Origin: a virus
Taxonomy: Duplodnaviria; Caudoviricetes
Strand: one strand, 5' to 3'
Length of the DNA stretch: 64,000 nt
IMG/VR virus record: IMGVR_UViG_3300012662_000015
Coordinates: 1 to 64,000 of that record
In this document: positions 46,601 through 56,482 of the stretch, piece by piece
How positions within the stretch are numbered: the first letter of the stretch is position 1
How the letters are laid out: the number at the start of each line of letters is the position of its first letter
Program-made: the position numbers and the translations under genes
Notes under the pieces: model-generated
What the model was told of the DNA's origin: nothing
What the model saw: the letters and a program-made list of their open reading frames with translations, nothing else
Databases searched by the model: none

Positions 46601-48682
46601 ATCAGCATGGATTTCAACCGTGCGAAGGTTGGCGAGACCTTCAGCGCGAGCAACAAGTATTGGTGGGCGTTGGTCACGGCGACAAGCGGAGATACGCCCG
46701 AGAGTGTGGAAGAGGAGAACGGCACCAAGCATCTGTACCACTGGATAGAGGTCAGCACGTTGGAGAAGGCTGACGGATGTACCGTGGAAGCGGAGGCGGG
46801 CGATGCCGTGGCGCAATGGGGAAGCCGTAGCGCAGACAAGAAACGACAGGCCGCTCAGATGATTGCCGCCTACAAGTCGCCCGACACAGGTGTGGAAGCT
46901 CCTTGCTGGGTGCAGTACGTAGGTATCAACTCTTTCACCATCACCGAGGACAACCGTCTCAATCGCGTGGCCTACAACGGTAATGTCTTCAAGGGGGCTT
47001 TTGTCGCGACAAGCGAGGGCGAGCAAGGGCGTGACCTGCTCGAATGGTTGGAAAGCCTTCAACGCGAGAATGACACGCACTTCGACATCTGGTATGGTGA
47101 CGAGGTACCCTCCCTGGAGAACGAGCCTGCCGTAGAGTGGACGACGGACAGCAAGAAGGCCGAGCACGTGGACGACCTCTATTTCGACCGCTCGGACACG
47201 GCGAAGAGCGACGGCGGCCACTGCTACCGCTTTGTCGCAACAACCAAAGACAGCCTTACGACTTACACCTGGGAGGACTATACCGACCACGACACGCTGA
47301 AAGCCCTCACCAAGGCGCAGAACATCGCTGACGACGGGGTTGTCACCGCAGGGACGGAGAAGATGCAGCTGCTCATCACGCTCAAGAACATGCAGTCGGA
47401 GTTCTCTTCCTTCAGCGAGCCGACGACCGATAGCTCCGTTAGCTACACGCAGGCCTACGGGGCGTACAAGAAGGCCTATAACAACTTCGTGTCGGCAACG
47501 CAGGATATCGTGAGCGACGCTAATATCGGCAAGGACACCATCCTGTCCGACATCGGCCTTACGTCAGAGAGTTACGTGAACCTTTACTACAACTACTACT
47601 CCACGCTCGGCAAGATGCTCGAAGCCAGCGAGGCCAGCATCAAGGCGAGCATCAGCACGATAGGCGGCAGGATAGAGATGGCCGTCACGAAGAACGGCTT
47701 GAAGACCGCAGGCATGACGGTGGAGGACGAGCACATAACGCTTGATGCCAAGAAGACGACTGTCAAAGGCGACCTCACCGTGCAGGGGGCCATCACGGAC
47801 AGCACAAGCTATGTGGGCATGGACGGCTCCTTGTGGTCTCCCAATGAGGTAGGCGAGTTGGAGAAGTCTTCCGCCAACCTCTTGGTGGGCGACGGCAATA
47901 CCCTCTTTGTGCCCGTTGATATGTCCACCATCAAGAGCGTGCAGATACAGACCGCAGACCCGTCACTTGTTTCAGACGGCAATCCTACCAACGCAAGCAC
48001 GGCGCTCGTGACGCTCCCGATGTATGACGCGGTGGATCTCGGTTGTGGCGTGACGATGCCTGCATACCGTCGGTCGGGCACGCACGTGCTTGTCCGCAAC
48101 GCCTTCTCGCTGTCCTACAACCAGTGGAGCAAGGGTGACGGATGGACAAACGGAGACCTGCGGAGAAACATCACCTCTGCCGCAGTCTACATCTGCACAG
48201 ACCCTCGCACGTTGGCGTTAAGCAACTACTCGGCTTCCGCTCCTGCCATCACCGCTGACGGACGTGGCGACGGCGGAGCGACGGCCGACTACTTCAAAGG
48301 CTGCATGTCGCTCAACGGGAGACGTGGGAGGTGGCTTGTCCTGCTTCCAGGCCAGCAGGTGGAGCTTGTATCAGTCATCACCATGTGGCAGACGGGCACC
48401 AATACGCCCGTGCCCTACCTGTCATGGTATGTTGCAGGCGGTGACGGGATGGACTGGTTGGAGAAGACCGTCTCTTTCCGTCCCGACGGCACGGGCTACA
48501 CCGAATACGATGCCGTGTTTCGCTCGGCCGTTACAGGAGGCGAGCATTTCGGCATCGGGGGTATCGACAAGTACGCGGACGCTTTCTTCGGCTACCCGAA
48601 GTTGAGCGACGCGTCGAACCTCTCCGAGCAGGTCGTGGTGACACTCTCGGCAGACAGCAAGCCTTACATCACAATCGAATAG
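43652..48682 (+). CDS. Tail tip/hub protein with C-terminal fibre-like extension
   Basis: 1676 aa; phage tail N-terminus, a V-x-G-N/D hexapeptide beta-helix near 46250-46400, beta-rich C-terminus. Confidence 0.75.
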   Translation: MAKWCIYDKNGNVIHESVTEYNGDGDVVVQDTIEYSGKWMGECYVTVSIKSPYPINFQIGDYIIYRNEKFVLDGDPSVVKKSRRGTYGEGFVYDSIKFNSLSGELTQMRFHDWVLSDCQLHYTSLPSFSFYCKDVDDLADRLQANTDRWCKANGYAKEDYWVFYTLRNNTSTGTSDAGQSQTFYERTLQRAKDISDDEQFLASVKSNWEKAYGIGSAYSDSRDDERYDRTLSASSQTVWDMMSSIKQQFGLNFIIRGRNVYIGMSGIPTDHIFKYGKGNGLYEVDKNAEQDQSVVTKLHAYGSDQNLPTRYYAEIASVPYAKVKSIYLKDDVDETSSVVMAQVILDLKWSDKYFNNVIDQSQSDSDVWLVGLRVSDIEVNGRVFPNGEDLYLTVGYNEKSSAPDNNVGNKENALAFIRSVAVNETIEFTSGVNKDSFPSDHKNYPSAQSLPNNMAVNSLMLPGFPTYALSDLCKSEYDSEKDVTRYYIRKADKGEDWINFHEESGKHIVTFSDNRHDPYILSMNAEKIGIKEGDISCTEENDDNGLEKVYPTIEKMTGVDAGLSTTSRLDEIAAADVIDDNGAFPTDYKEENISGFKVYLPNLGFDLRQAAKDAGGSDMKISMKDGFCGGRTFDVAQANYKEGKWVLDCKRSHDEALDLWFPYSYAKSVSNVDPSMANAYQIREGDHYVITGISVSDVNYVWAASVRLLRKAVHWLCKNDYTKNTYSPKIDEIYMAREAESAKKLGKDSLHDTIKEGDMLIFQDEDLLLDGKVFIDQLGIKENGNNGIPTYEVTLRDEVTIGTIERIQNKVDSIANDVKTGNVGGGLTSASQVESLIRAYGSTLYLSKQQADTAKGRITFEQGLTSDGDADINGDERVGGDERVEGNAEVGKDLGVHGDATVDGNLNVGGETYLKDLTVSGSAHFFELVIDKIKAAGGTYIFSAANSFNVDRAVAGNNVVRLYWLAENGGKGSMNTWEVGDQAISMDFNRAKVGETFSASNKYWWALVTATSGDTPESVEEENGTKHLYHWIEVSTLEKADGCTVEAEAGDAVAQWGSRSADKKRQAAQMIAAYKSPDTGVEAPCWVQYVGINSFTITEDNRLNRVAYNGNVFKGAFVATSEGEQGRDLLEWLESLQRENDTHFDIWYGDEVPSLENEPAVEWTTDSKKAEHVDDLYFDRSDTAKSDGGHCYRFVATTKDSLTTYTWEDYTDHDTLKALTKAQNIADDGVVTAGTEKMQLLITLKNMQSEFSSFSEPTTDSSVSYTQAYGAYKKAYNNFVSATQDIVSDANIGKDTILSDIGLTSESYVNLYYNYYSTLGKMLEASEASIKASISTIGGRIEMAVTKNGLKTAGMTVEDEHITLDAKKTTVKGDLTVQGAITDSTSYVGMDGSLWSPNEVGELEKSSANLLVGDGNTLFVPVDMSTIKSVQIQTADPSLVSDGNPTNASTALVTLPMYDAVDLGCGVTMPAYRRSGTHVLVRNAFSLSYNQWSKGDGWTNGDLRRNITSAAVYICTDPRTLALSNYSASAPAITADGRGDGGATADYFKGCMSLNGRRGRWLVLLPGQQVELVSVITMWQTGTNTPVPYLSWYVAGGDGMDWLEKTVSFRPDGTGYTEYDAVFRSAVTGGEHFGIGGIDKYADAFFGYPKLSDASNLSEQVVVTLSADSKPYITIE

Positions 48683-48687
48683 CAGTC

Positions 48688-48963
48688 ATGGCAGAGAATA
48701 TCAACATAGTTATCGGCAATGTGGTGCGCCAAGGAGGTGTGGCCCGTGTGCGCGTGTCGTGGCCGACAAGCACGGTCAACAAGCTACAGGTGAACGAATG
48801 GCCCGTACTGCTCAACGCCCTGACCAAGACCGCATACGCCGACGCGACAAAGAACAACGGCTTCACCTACACTTTTCCTTTTGCCCTGTCCAAGGGTACT
48901 GGCTTCCCTTATTGCCTGCCCATGGAACTCGAAGAGGAGGTGGCAGTGGCCGTGCTCGGATAA
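48688..48963 (+). CDS. Small tail-associated protein
   Basis: 91 aa with YTFPF and FPY motifs. Confidence 0.6.
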   Translation: MAENINIVIGNVVRQGGVARVRVSWPTSTVNKLQVNEWPVLLNALTKTAYADATKNNGFTYTFPFALSKGTGFPYCLPMELEEEVAVAVLG

Positions 48964-48987
48964 ATAACCTACTAAAGATATACGGAT

Positions 48988-49206
48988 ATGGCATTGAACA
49001 TCAAGAACAAGAATACAGGTGACTTGCTCACAGCCACGGAGTTTAACATGCTGGTGCAGGCAGTCAAGAACAACGAGACGGACATCGCCTCGCTGGGCGA
49101 CAATGCGGTGAAGATGGTGGCCCTCACGCAGACCGAATACGACAAGATGGTGACGGACGGCACGCTCGACGCCAATACTTACTACAACATCTTGGAGGAG
49201 GAGTAA
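48988..49206 (+). CDS. Small tail-associated protein
   Basis: 72 aa, KNTGDLLTATEFN. Confidence 0.65.
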   Translation: MALNIKNKNTGDLLTATEFNMLVQAVKNNETDIASLGDNAVKMVALTQTEYDKMVTDGTLDANTYYNILEEE

Positions 49207-49210
49207 GCGT

Positions 49211-49387
49211 ATGATCATCAAGCAAGGCAAAGAACTATCCGCCCGCTACCTCGGCACTAAGGCTATTGAAGCCGTGTACCATGGCGCGGTGCTCGTGTGG
49301 GAGGCTATCTCCTCCTGCTTTGGCAGCGGCATGTGGATAAACGAACGTCCGTGGAGCAACGCCGACGGATGGAGGAACGACAAGTAG
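49211..49387 (+). CDS. 58-aa tail-associated protein (not in ORF track)
   Basis: MIIKQGKELSARYLGTKAIEAVYHGAVLVWEAISSCFGSGMWINERPWSNADGWRNDK*. Confidence 0.65.
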   Translation: MIIKQGKELSARYLGTKAIEAVYHGAVLVWEAISSCFGSGMWINERPWSNADGWRNDK

Positions 49388-49410
49388 AACAAAGAAAAAC
49401 GAAGATATAT

Positions 49411-52400
49411 ATGGCAAAGAAAACATCACCTAACAACATCACGTCGCTCACCGACGACTGGGCGAACGATGCAGCGAACGGCTTGCCTTTCAGCGGCCAG
49501 GCCGTGCAGGACTTCATCAAGAAGCAGTTCGGCTCGAAGGTCGGCACATGGTGCTGGTCGCCAACCGTTGACGCAAGCAACTTCTATCACATCTGGGGTT
49601 TCGCCACGGAGGCCGACAAGCAGGCTTATCTCGCTGACCCCGACGGCAACGCTTCGCTCCTGTTGGCCAACGAGGCCTTGCCTATCTCCACCGTGCAGGG
49701 CGACAGCTACGGAGCGTACCTGTTCACCGACGCAGGCGTGGCAACCGACTATGTGGTGAGTGGCGACAAGATGACCGTCAACCTCCGCTTCTCCGCCGTG
49801 CGCAACTCGAGCGGTGACCGATTGAACGTGGGCGTGCCGGGCACGCTGGTCATCCAGCGCAAGACGGCATCATCGGACTGGACGACCGTGGAGACGCGCA
49901 AGGATGTGCTGACGAGCACCGACTATGCCGACACGACGGCCTACACGTCTGTTGACATCGGTTCGGCGCTGAAGTCGGGTGCGCAACAAATCCGCATCCG
50001 CGCCTACTACACCTATGAGGCGGACGACGGCTCGCAGAAGACGGCCACCTCCACGTATGTGTCCATCGGCGGCTCTATCACCAAGACAACGCTCGACCTG
50101 GAGTGCCAGCAGAACTGGCAGACACCGATACTGGCAAGCGTCTATGCGGAGCGTGGCTTCCCCATCAGCTACATGGTCTACGGTGCCGTTCCGAAGACGC
50201 TTCATGTGGAAATCACGGGGGGCAACGGCAAGGCACTGGCCGCAGACTATCCTCTGTCGGCAGACCAGGATTCGGCCACCGTCTCCAAGAGCATCACCGA
50301 CGCAACGGACACCTACAAGCTCTTCAAGCATGGCGTGCGGACGGTGAAGGCATGGCTCACCTGCGATGACGGCATGGGCGGCACTATCTCGTCACGTGTG
50401 CTCGTCAACCGCTTCATGGTGGTCAACCCGACCGCAGCGGCCGACAAGACCACTCCTTACCTCTTGTTGCAGAACATGGTGGGAACGGCCGACAACTTCG
50501 CGCAAGCCGACCTCTGCCAATACTCGGTCTATTCGCCTGGGGCGGACGGCACGACTAACAACGGCTCCGACGTGACGGTGATCTTCTATCTGACTGCCTA
50601 TGCCGAAAACTTTCCTGCCGACAACCCCGAGCAGTATTTCCGCATCGAGAGCACCGCGTCGCCAGGCACTCGCTACACGCTCAACACGACTATCGAGATT
50701 GAGACGGAGGACGAGGAGCAGGCGACAATCCCTGCCTATTTCCGCGTGTGGCGCAAGGATGGTGACAGCGAGGTGAACTTCCTGCAAAGCAGCATCGGAC
50801 AGGGTAATATCGTCATACAGGTGGACAACTCGGAGAGCTACGCCCCGAAGGCCGGAGCGGACTTCGTTCTCAACCCGAAGAACCGCAACAACTCGGAGGC
50901 CAACCCGAAGACCATTGTCAACGCCAAGACGGGCAAGACCGTTGACAGCACGTGGACGGGCTTCGGTCTTGTGAAGGACGGGTGGGTCACCTCTGACGTG
51001 GACGGGCAGCGTGTGCTCCGTGTGCCTGCTGGTGCAAAGCTCAACTTCAAGTACAACCCGTTTTCGCAGTTCCTCACCACACCCGATTCGGCCTTGGAGA
51101 TAGAGCTGGACTTCATGGTGCGCAACGTGACCGACGAGGACAGTCCGATCATCAGCCTCTTTGAGAACTTCTCTGCACAGGATGCCGACGGCAACACGAC
51201 AACGCAGTTCCGCGGCCTGAAGATACAGCCTATCCATGGCGAGATACACACCAAATCAAACTATGTATCGTCGGAGACCGATTTCGCATGGAAGGAGGGC
51301 GAGCGGACGCACGTCTGCATCAACATCCACAATGCGGTCGCTCCCAACAAGGGTGACGCGCTGGTGCCTGCATCAAGCAGCTACGACACGTCGGCCACCA
51401 AGATAGCCCTTGTGCGCATCTTCATCGGTGGCGAGATACGCCGCGAGTTCAAGTATTCCATCACCGATGCTGCGGAGTTCTGTACGGGTGCCATGAGCAA
51501 TGGCGGTTTCACAATCGGGCAGGACGGGGCGGACATCGACATCTACTCCATCCGCATCTATCAGAACACTGCCTTGGAGGCTTCCGACATCCTGGCCAAC
51601 CACATCTCAACGCTTCCGACCACCGAAGAGAAGCGCGCCATGCGACAGGCCAACGACATCCTCACGGGCGGCAAGGTGGACTTGGAGAAGTGCCGTGCGC
51701 TGGGCAAGCGTTGCCTGGTGTGGCACGGCACGGAGCCTTACAAGGAGAATACGTCAACGCAGAGGGGCTACTGGGAGGTGTTCCAGTACGACGCTCGCGG
51801 CAATTATCTTCCCGAATATTCGGGTACGCTCTGCAAGTCGTCGGCTGCGCTGGAGACCAAGCGACAGGGTTCCACGGCAAACACCTACTACTACTCAAAT
51901 ATCCAGACCAAGATGTCGGACGTGACAGAGACCATCACGGTGCCGTTGAGCGAGCTTCATAGCTCCATCACCTATGAGGTGAAGACCGTTCAGGGCGAGG
52001 ACGGCACGGAGAGCAAGGTGGTCGGCCTGAAAGGCGGTTGCCTGGGCAAGAACTTCCCGACAGCGGAGACGGCCGTGGACTACGCTTATGCGGAGGTGGA
52101 CGGTGCGCCTGCGGTGGTCGTGCCCGACGGATGGGTGGACGGCAACGGCAAGTACAGGGGCGTGGGCTACATCGTGGCCGAGGGCACGCCTATGGCGCAG
52201 AAGCTCGTCAACAAAATCAACTACGCCTCGTCCATGCAGAGCCACCTCACGGGCGTGAACAACCTCTACAACGACCTGCACAAGGCTATCGTGGGCAAGA
52301 ACTCTTTGCAGGAGGCCTATCCCGAAGCTCGTGTGTCCAAGTACACGGAGCCTTTCCTCTACTTCACGCAGGCGCTCGACAGCGACACGCCTGTCTATCG

Positions 52401-55400
52401 TGGCCCATGCACCTTCGGAGCTGGCAAGATGGACAAGCCGACATGGGGCTATGTGAAGAAGCTCCACCCGATGTTCACCATGATTGAGGGTTCGGACAAC
52501 AACTACGAGCTGACCGACATGCGCGTGCCCTTCACGTGGGGTGACGCAAGCTGCCCCGAGGCCATCACGTACAGCGCGGACGACGAGGGCTTCTTCTACA
52601 ACGGCAAGCAGTGTCTTGACTTCGACGCAGGCAAGACCGACGATGATGGCACGCCCGGCCAGAAGCTCATCACGGCCATACAGGGGACGTGGAACTTCCT
52701 CTATCTCCACTCTCCGTTCGTGAAGTATTACAAGGGCACGTTCGACGCTTTTCAGAAGTCGGACGCTGCCAAAGACACCTTCGCCAAGTATTGGTGTACG
52801 GACGGCAGCGAGGCGTACAGGCTGAAACGTTATGACTTCGCCAACAACAGATGGGTGGACGCTGGCCTGTGGGACAGCACGGCCAAGGCGTGGAAGGTGA
52901 TTGACCTCCGCACGGACGAGATTACGGCTTCCACCTACCAGTCGTCGGCCAACCAGTCGGAGTATGCCGAACTCAACAAGGAGCTGTGCGGTGCCATCGT
53001 GGCGCACGCCAAGAAGTACCTCGGCTTCTACTTCCGCATCGACTCGCTGAAGCTGTACTACTCGCTCATCATCCATCTGCTGGCCGGAACGGACTCCTGC
53101 TCCAAGAACACGTACTACGTGCTTGACCCGAAGCCCGTGGAGGTGACCATCGAAGGTGAGACGCGCACCTGCTACCTCTTTGAGTTACACACGGACGACG
53201 TGGACACGATGATGCTCATCGACAACAACGGGCGCTTCACCAAGCCTTACTACATCGACCGCATGCACCCCTATGTGGACGGCGACACCACCACGGAGAA
53301 GTACGAGGGCATGCACAACGTGCTCTTCACGCTCTGCGAAGACATGTGGGAAGGCACGAAGGAGCTACAGGGCATGGTCAAGCAGATCTTCACGGCCATG
53401 GAGAAGCAGCCGTCGGAGAGCGACTATATCGAGGGCATGCCTACCACCATCTCAAAGGCTTCTGTCTACGGCTGCCTGTGGAAATACGTATATTACGTTC
53501 ACAAGTACATCCCTCAGATGGCTTTCAACGAGGCGGCGCGCATCCGCTACGAATATCCCGAGATGATCGGTTTCGTGTCCTACGGAAGCGGTGCCCGTGG
53601 CGTGAGGCCCATCACGCAGTCGAACGGCTCGCTGCTGGAGGCGGAGCTCCAGTTCATCGAGCGCAGGCTGGTGCTCATGTCCAGCTATGCGGCGTGGGGG
53701 CCGTTTGCGGACGGCAAGACGGGCAACCTCGGCATTAGCGATGTGTCGGAGAGCTTCTCCATGCAGGCGTTCCACACGCCCGACACGGCCAGCTCGCAGA
53801 ACGACTATGCCTTCACGGTGAAGCCGCACCAGTACCTCTACCCGACGGGCATGCTCGGCCAGACGGTCATCGACCCTCACGTGCGCGTGGCTCCCGGGGA
53901 GTCCTATCGGTTGGAACTCGGAAGCACCACGTCAAACGATACGGGTATGTCGGTGAGCGGCATCAACTACTACCGTTCCATCGGCAATGTTGGCGACCTG
54001 TCCACGACCCCCGCCAACACCATCACGGTGAACGGCAAGCGTCTGACGGAGTTTGTGGCCGAGCCGAGCAAGACCTACACGGACAGCACGACGGGCAAGC
54101 CCACTCCTGCCTTCCGTCCAGGTGCCATCGTCATATCGGCAAAGAACATCTCCAATCTTAGCCTTCGCGGATGCTCGGCGACAAGCGGAGCGATAGACCT
54201 CACGCAGCTGTCGCGACTGAAGACGGTGGACGTGCGGCAGACCAAGCTGTCTGACGTGACTTTGCCCGCTTCGCATGTCCTGTCTTCCGCCCTCTTGCCT
54301 GCCACCATCTCGTCGGTGGACGTTGAGAACCAGGAGAACCTGTCTGTCCTGCAACTGGAAGGCTACGGCAACCTCACCCGTTTTGTGGTGAAGAACAACA
54401 AGCTCGTCGACACCTTCGCCCAAGCTACGGCTTTGCTTGCCGCCAAGCCTTCGGGGTTGAAGACCGTCACCTTGACCGACCTCGCATGGAACACGCAGGG
54501 GCGGCAGTGTAATATGGACTTGCTGATGTATCTCGCCAGCTTGAAGGCAAATTTGACGGGCATCATCTTCATGCTTGCCGCAACGTCCGACCGCGCCCTG
54601 TCGCTGGCCGACAAGGAGATGTTGTGCGCCCTCTATGGCAATATTGACTCCACGGTCAACGCTCTCTATATCAAGTATGACGTGAGGGCTATCAACAGCA
54701 TCTCTATCTCGGGAGAGGCGTTTATGACCACTGCGGGCAAGGACTATCGCTTCTCCGTGGTGCCGTCGCCCGTGACGGGCAACAATGTGGCCATCAAGGA
54801 CGGACGGCTCGACATCGCATGGAGCATTGCCGATACGGCCGACAGCTACGCCCACTGGGCTGACAGCGACGGCCTGCTGCACGTGGACAAGCTCTCCGAC
54901 CCTGCCCTTGACCTCAAGCACACCATGACAGTGAAGGCTGTCACAACCAACGGCACGCTAACCGCGCAGAAGAAGGTCGGTTTCTATCGTCACATACCCG
55001 TCGTGGGCGACTTCGCCTATGCCGACGGCACGTTTGACGGGGAGTGGGACGAGGAGCGCACGTTCATCGGGCTGGTCTTCATGCGTCTGCCCATCTACAC
55101 GGGGTCGAAGATCACGGCCTATGACGTGCGCGTGGTGGCCGCCGAAGACTTGAAGATGGTATCGGGCGGCGACAATCCCATCACGTGGACGACTCACCGA
55201 TGGGGCCTCTATCCCGATGACCTGAACGGATGGCTGTCGGAGGAGGCGAACATCGAGAAGGCGAGCGGAGTGAAAGACGCTTTCGACATCGACGAGCTAA
55301 AGAACTTCTCCTCCCGATGGGGCGGTGCCAACGATTATGACGGCGGCTACCACACGGTGCCGTCGTGGGCGACGGACACGGTGCTTGCCAATACACCAAC

Positions 55401-56418
55401 GAAGACCTACGCCACGTACAAGGCGACATGGGACGCTTACTACACTGCGCTTGACGCACTCTATGCGGCCATACAGGCGGCGAACCCAAGCTACTCCTAC
55501 TCGGCAGACAACCGCAAGAAAGACGACAAGCTCTACACCATCGCCGAGGGCGGCACCATCCTTGCTGCCAACAAGGACACGATGACGCAGGCATGGGTGA
55601 GGGCACGCTCCTGTTACAGCGAGTTCACGTCGGCGGCCAGCTCCAACGGCCTGTCATCTTCGGGCGAGTACACCGCTTTCGCGGCTGCCTACCAGTCTGT
55701 ATCTGACATGCTCAACAACGGGGAGAGCTACACGGCAACGAGCGAAGAGACAAAAGGCCCGTCATGGTGCCAAGGCTTCAACTATTATTATCTTGACGAC
55801 ATCACGTATCTTGACGACAGTCAGACGGACGGCTACAAGGTGCTTCCTTCCACCTGTGCGGCCGGCGACTACAACGGCAAGGACTACACGGCCAAGATTG
55901 TGACTCACGCCCGCAAGGTCATCAACGGCTATCTCTCGGAGAGTTACCCGACGACCTTGCAGGAGCTGGCCGACGCTATGGCCGCACTGCGCAACGCCAA
56001 CGCGTCGGTCACCAATCCCTGGCGATACGAGGAGTTCTACTATCCTGCGGCCTACGGCTGCTACCTGTACGAGCCGACAGCCGACACGCTCAATGCCGCA
56101 TGGCAGAAGGGCAACTGGTATCTGCCCTCCGAGGGCGAGCTGACAAGGCTGTACAATTTCTATCGCCTCGGACAGGACATAGAGAACGCCGCTGACGGAG
56201 CTACGGAGGCGCGCACGCCCATCTTTGCCAATGCCAACAAACGAGCAGCCAAGACGGTCTTCAAGATGGGTAACTACTGGGTCGTGTGGAGTAGCGTTGA
56301 GAACAGCCGTAACATCAGTTGGGGCGTGAATTTCACTTCGGGTAGCGTCGGCGACTGGGCCGGCAAGTACGGCAATGTCTACGTTCGCCCGTGCTCGGCG
56401 TTTATCTTTACACTTTAA
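49411..56418 (+). CDS. DGR target: giant tail / receptor-binding protein with C-terminal CLec-fold variable domain
   Basis: About 2335 aa from MAKKTS. LamG-like, CotH-kinase-like, LRR-like and Ig-like segments. Ends WYLPSEGEL...W.V.F.SG...VRPCSAF and contains the VR. Confidence 0.88.
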   Translation: MAKKTSPNNITSLTDDWANDAANGLPFSGQAVQDFIKKQFGSKVGTWCWSPTVDASNFYHIWGFATEADKQAYLADPDGNASLLLANEALPISTVQGDSYGAYLFTDAGVATDYVVSGDKMTVNLRFSAVRNSSGDRLNVGVPGTLVIQRKTASSDWTTVETRKDVLTSTDYADTTAYTSVDIGSALKSGAQQIRIRAYYTYEADDGSQKTATSTYVSIGGSITKTTLDLECQQNWQTPILASVYAERGFPISYMVYGAVPKTLHVEITGGNGKALAADYPLSADQDSATVSKSITDATDTYKLFKHGVRTVKAWLTCDDGMGGTISSRVLVNRFMVVNPTAAADKTTPYLLLQNMVGTADNFAQADLCQYSVYSPGADGTTNNGSDVTVIFYLTAYAENFPADNPEQYFRIESTASPGTRYTLNTTIEIETEDEEQATIPAYFRVWRKDGDSEVNFLQSSIGQGNIVIQVDNSESYAPKAGADFVLNPKNRNNSEANPKTIVNAKTGKTVDSTWTGFGLVKDGWVTSDVDGQRVLRVPAGAKLNFKYNPFSQFLTTPDSALEIELDFMVRNVTDEDSPIISLFENFSAQDADGNTTTQFRGLKIQPIHGEIHTKSNYVSSETDFAWKEGERTHVCINIHNAVAPNKGDALVPASSSYDTSATKIALVRIFIGGEIRREFKYSITDAAEFCTGAMSNGGFTIGQDGADIDIYSIRIYQNTALEASDILANHISTLPTTEEKRAMRQANDILTGGKVDLEKCRALGKRCLVWHGTEPYKENTSTQRGYWEVFQYDARGNYLPEYSGTLCKSSAALETKRQGSTANTYYYSNIQTKMSDVTETITVPLSELHSSITYEVKTVQGEDGTESKVVGLKGGCLGKNFPTAETAVDYAYAEVDGAPAVVVPDGWVDGNGKYRGVGYIVAEGTPMAQKLVNKINYASSMQSHLTGVNNLYNDLHKAIVGKNSLQEAYPEARVSKYTEPFLYFTQALDSDTPVYRGPCTFGAGKMDKPTWGYVKKLHPMFTMIEGSDNNYELTDMRVPFTWGDASCPEAITYSADDEGFFYNGKQCLDFDAGKTDDDGTPGQKLITAIQGTWNFLYLHSPFVKYYKGTFDAFQKSDAAKDTFAKYWCTDGSEAYRLKRYDFANNRWVDAGLWDSTAKAWKVIDLRTDEITASTYQSSANQSEYAELNKELCGAIVAHAKKYLGFYFRIDSLKLYYSLIIHLLAGTDSCSKNTYYVLDPKPVEVTIEGETRTCYLFELHTDDVDTMMLIDNNGRFTKPYYIDRMHPYVDGDTTTEKYEGMHNVLFTLCEDMWEGTKELQGMVKQIFTAMEKQPSESDYIEGMPTTISKASVYGCLWKYVYYVHKYIPQMAFNEAARIRYEYPEMIGFVSYGSGARGVRPITQSNGSLLEAELQFIERRLVLMSSYAAWGPFADGKTGNLGISDVSESFSMQAFHTPDTASSQNDYAFTVKPHQYLYPTGMLGQTVIDPHVRVAPGESYRLELGSTTSNDTGMSVSGINYYRSIGNVGDLSTTPANTITVNGKRLTEFVAEPSKTYTDSTTGKPTPAFRPGAIVISAKNISNLSLRGCSATSGAIDLTQLSRLKTVDVRQTKLSDVTLPASHVLSSALLPATISSVDVENQENLSVLQLEGYGNLTRFVVKNNKLVDTFAQATALLAAKPSGLKTVTLTDLAWNTQGRQCNMDLLMYLASLKANLTGIIFMLAATSDRALSLADKEMLCALYGNIDSTVNALYIKYDVRAINSISISGEAFMTTAGKDYRFSVVPSPVTGNNVAIKDGRLDIAWSIADTADSYAHWADSDGLLHVDKLSDPALDLKHTMTVKAVTTNGTLTAQKKVGFYRHIPVVGDFAYADGTFDGEWDEERTFIGLVFMRLPIYTGSKITAYDVRVVAAEDLKMVSGGDNPITWTTHRWGLYPDDLNGWLSEEANIEKASGVKDAFDIDELKNFSSRWGGANDYDGGYHTVPSWATDTVLANTPTKTYATYKATWDAYYTALDALYAAIQAANPSYSYSADNRKKDDKLYTIAEGGTILAANKDTMTQAWVRARSCYSEFTSAASSNGLSSSGEYTAFAAAYQSVSDMLNNGESYTATSEETKGPSWCQGFNYYYLDDITYLDDSQTDGYKVLPSTCAAGDYNGKDYTAKIVTHARKVINGYLSESYPTTLQELADAMAALRNANASVTNPWRYEEFYYPAAYGCYLYEPTADTLNAAWQKGNWYLPSEGELTRLYNFYRLGQDIENAADGATEARTPIFANANKRAAKTVFKMGNYWVVWSSVENSRNISWGVNFTSGSVGDWAGKYGNVYVRPCSAFIFTL
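56293..56401 (+). repeat. DGR variable repeat (VR)
   Basis: 109-bp ungapped match to 57016-57124 with 14 mismatches, 13 of them opposite TR adenines. Confidence 0.97.
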
Positions 56419-56428
56419 CCTTTATCAA

Positions 56429-56449
56429 GGCGGCCATTTCAAGGCCGCC
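56429..56449 (+). promoter_or_regulatory. DGR post-VR hairpin (retrohoming cis element)
   Basis: GGCGGCC-atttcaa-GGCCGCC, 10 nt after the target stop codon. Confidence 0.75.
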
Positions 56450-56482
56450 GCCACAATGCAAAAAACAGAAGAACAAATAATC

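Noticed and set aside
49297-49410. ORF-track start (GTG 49297) of the giant target gene
   Set aside because: It overlaps the real 58-aa ORF 49211..49387; ATG 49411 has the typical A-rich leader.
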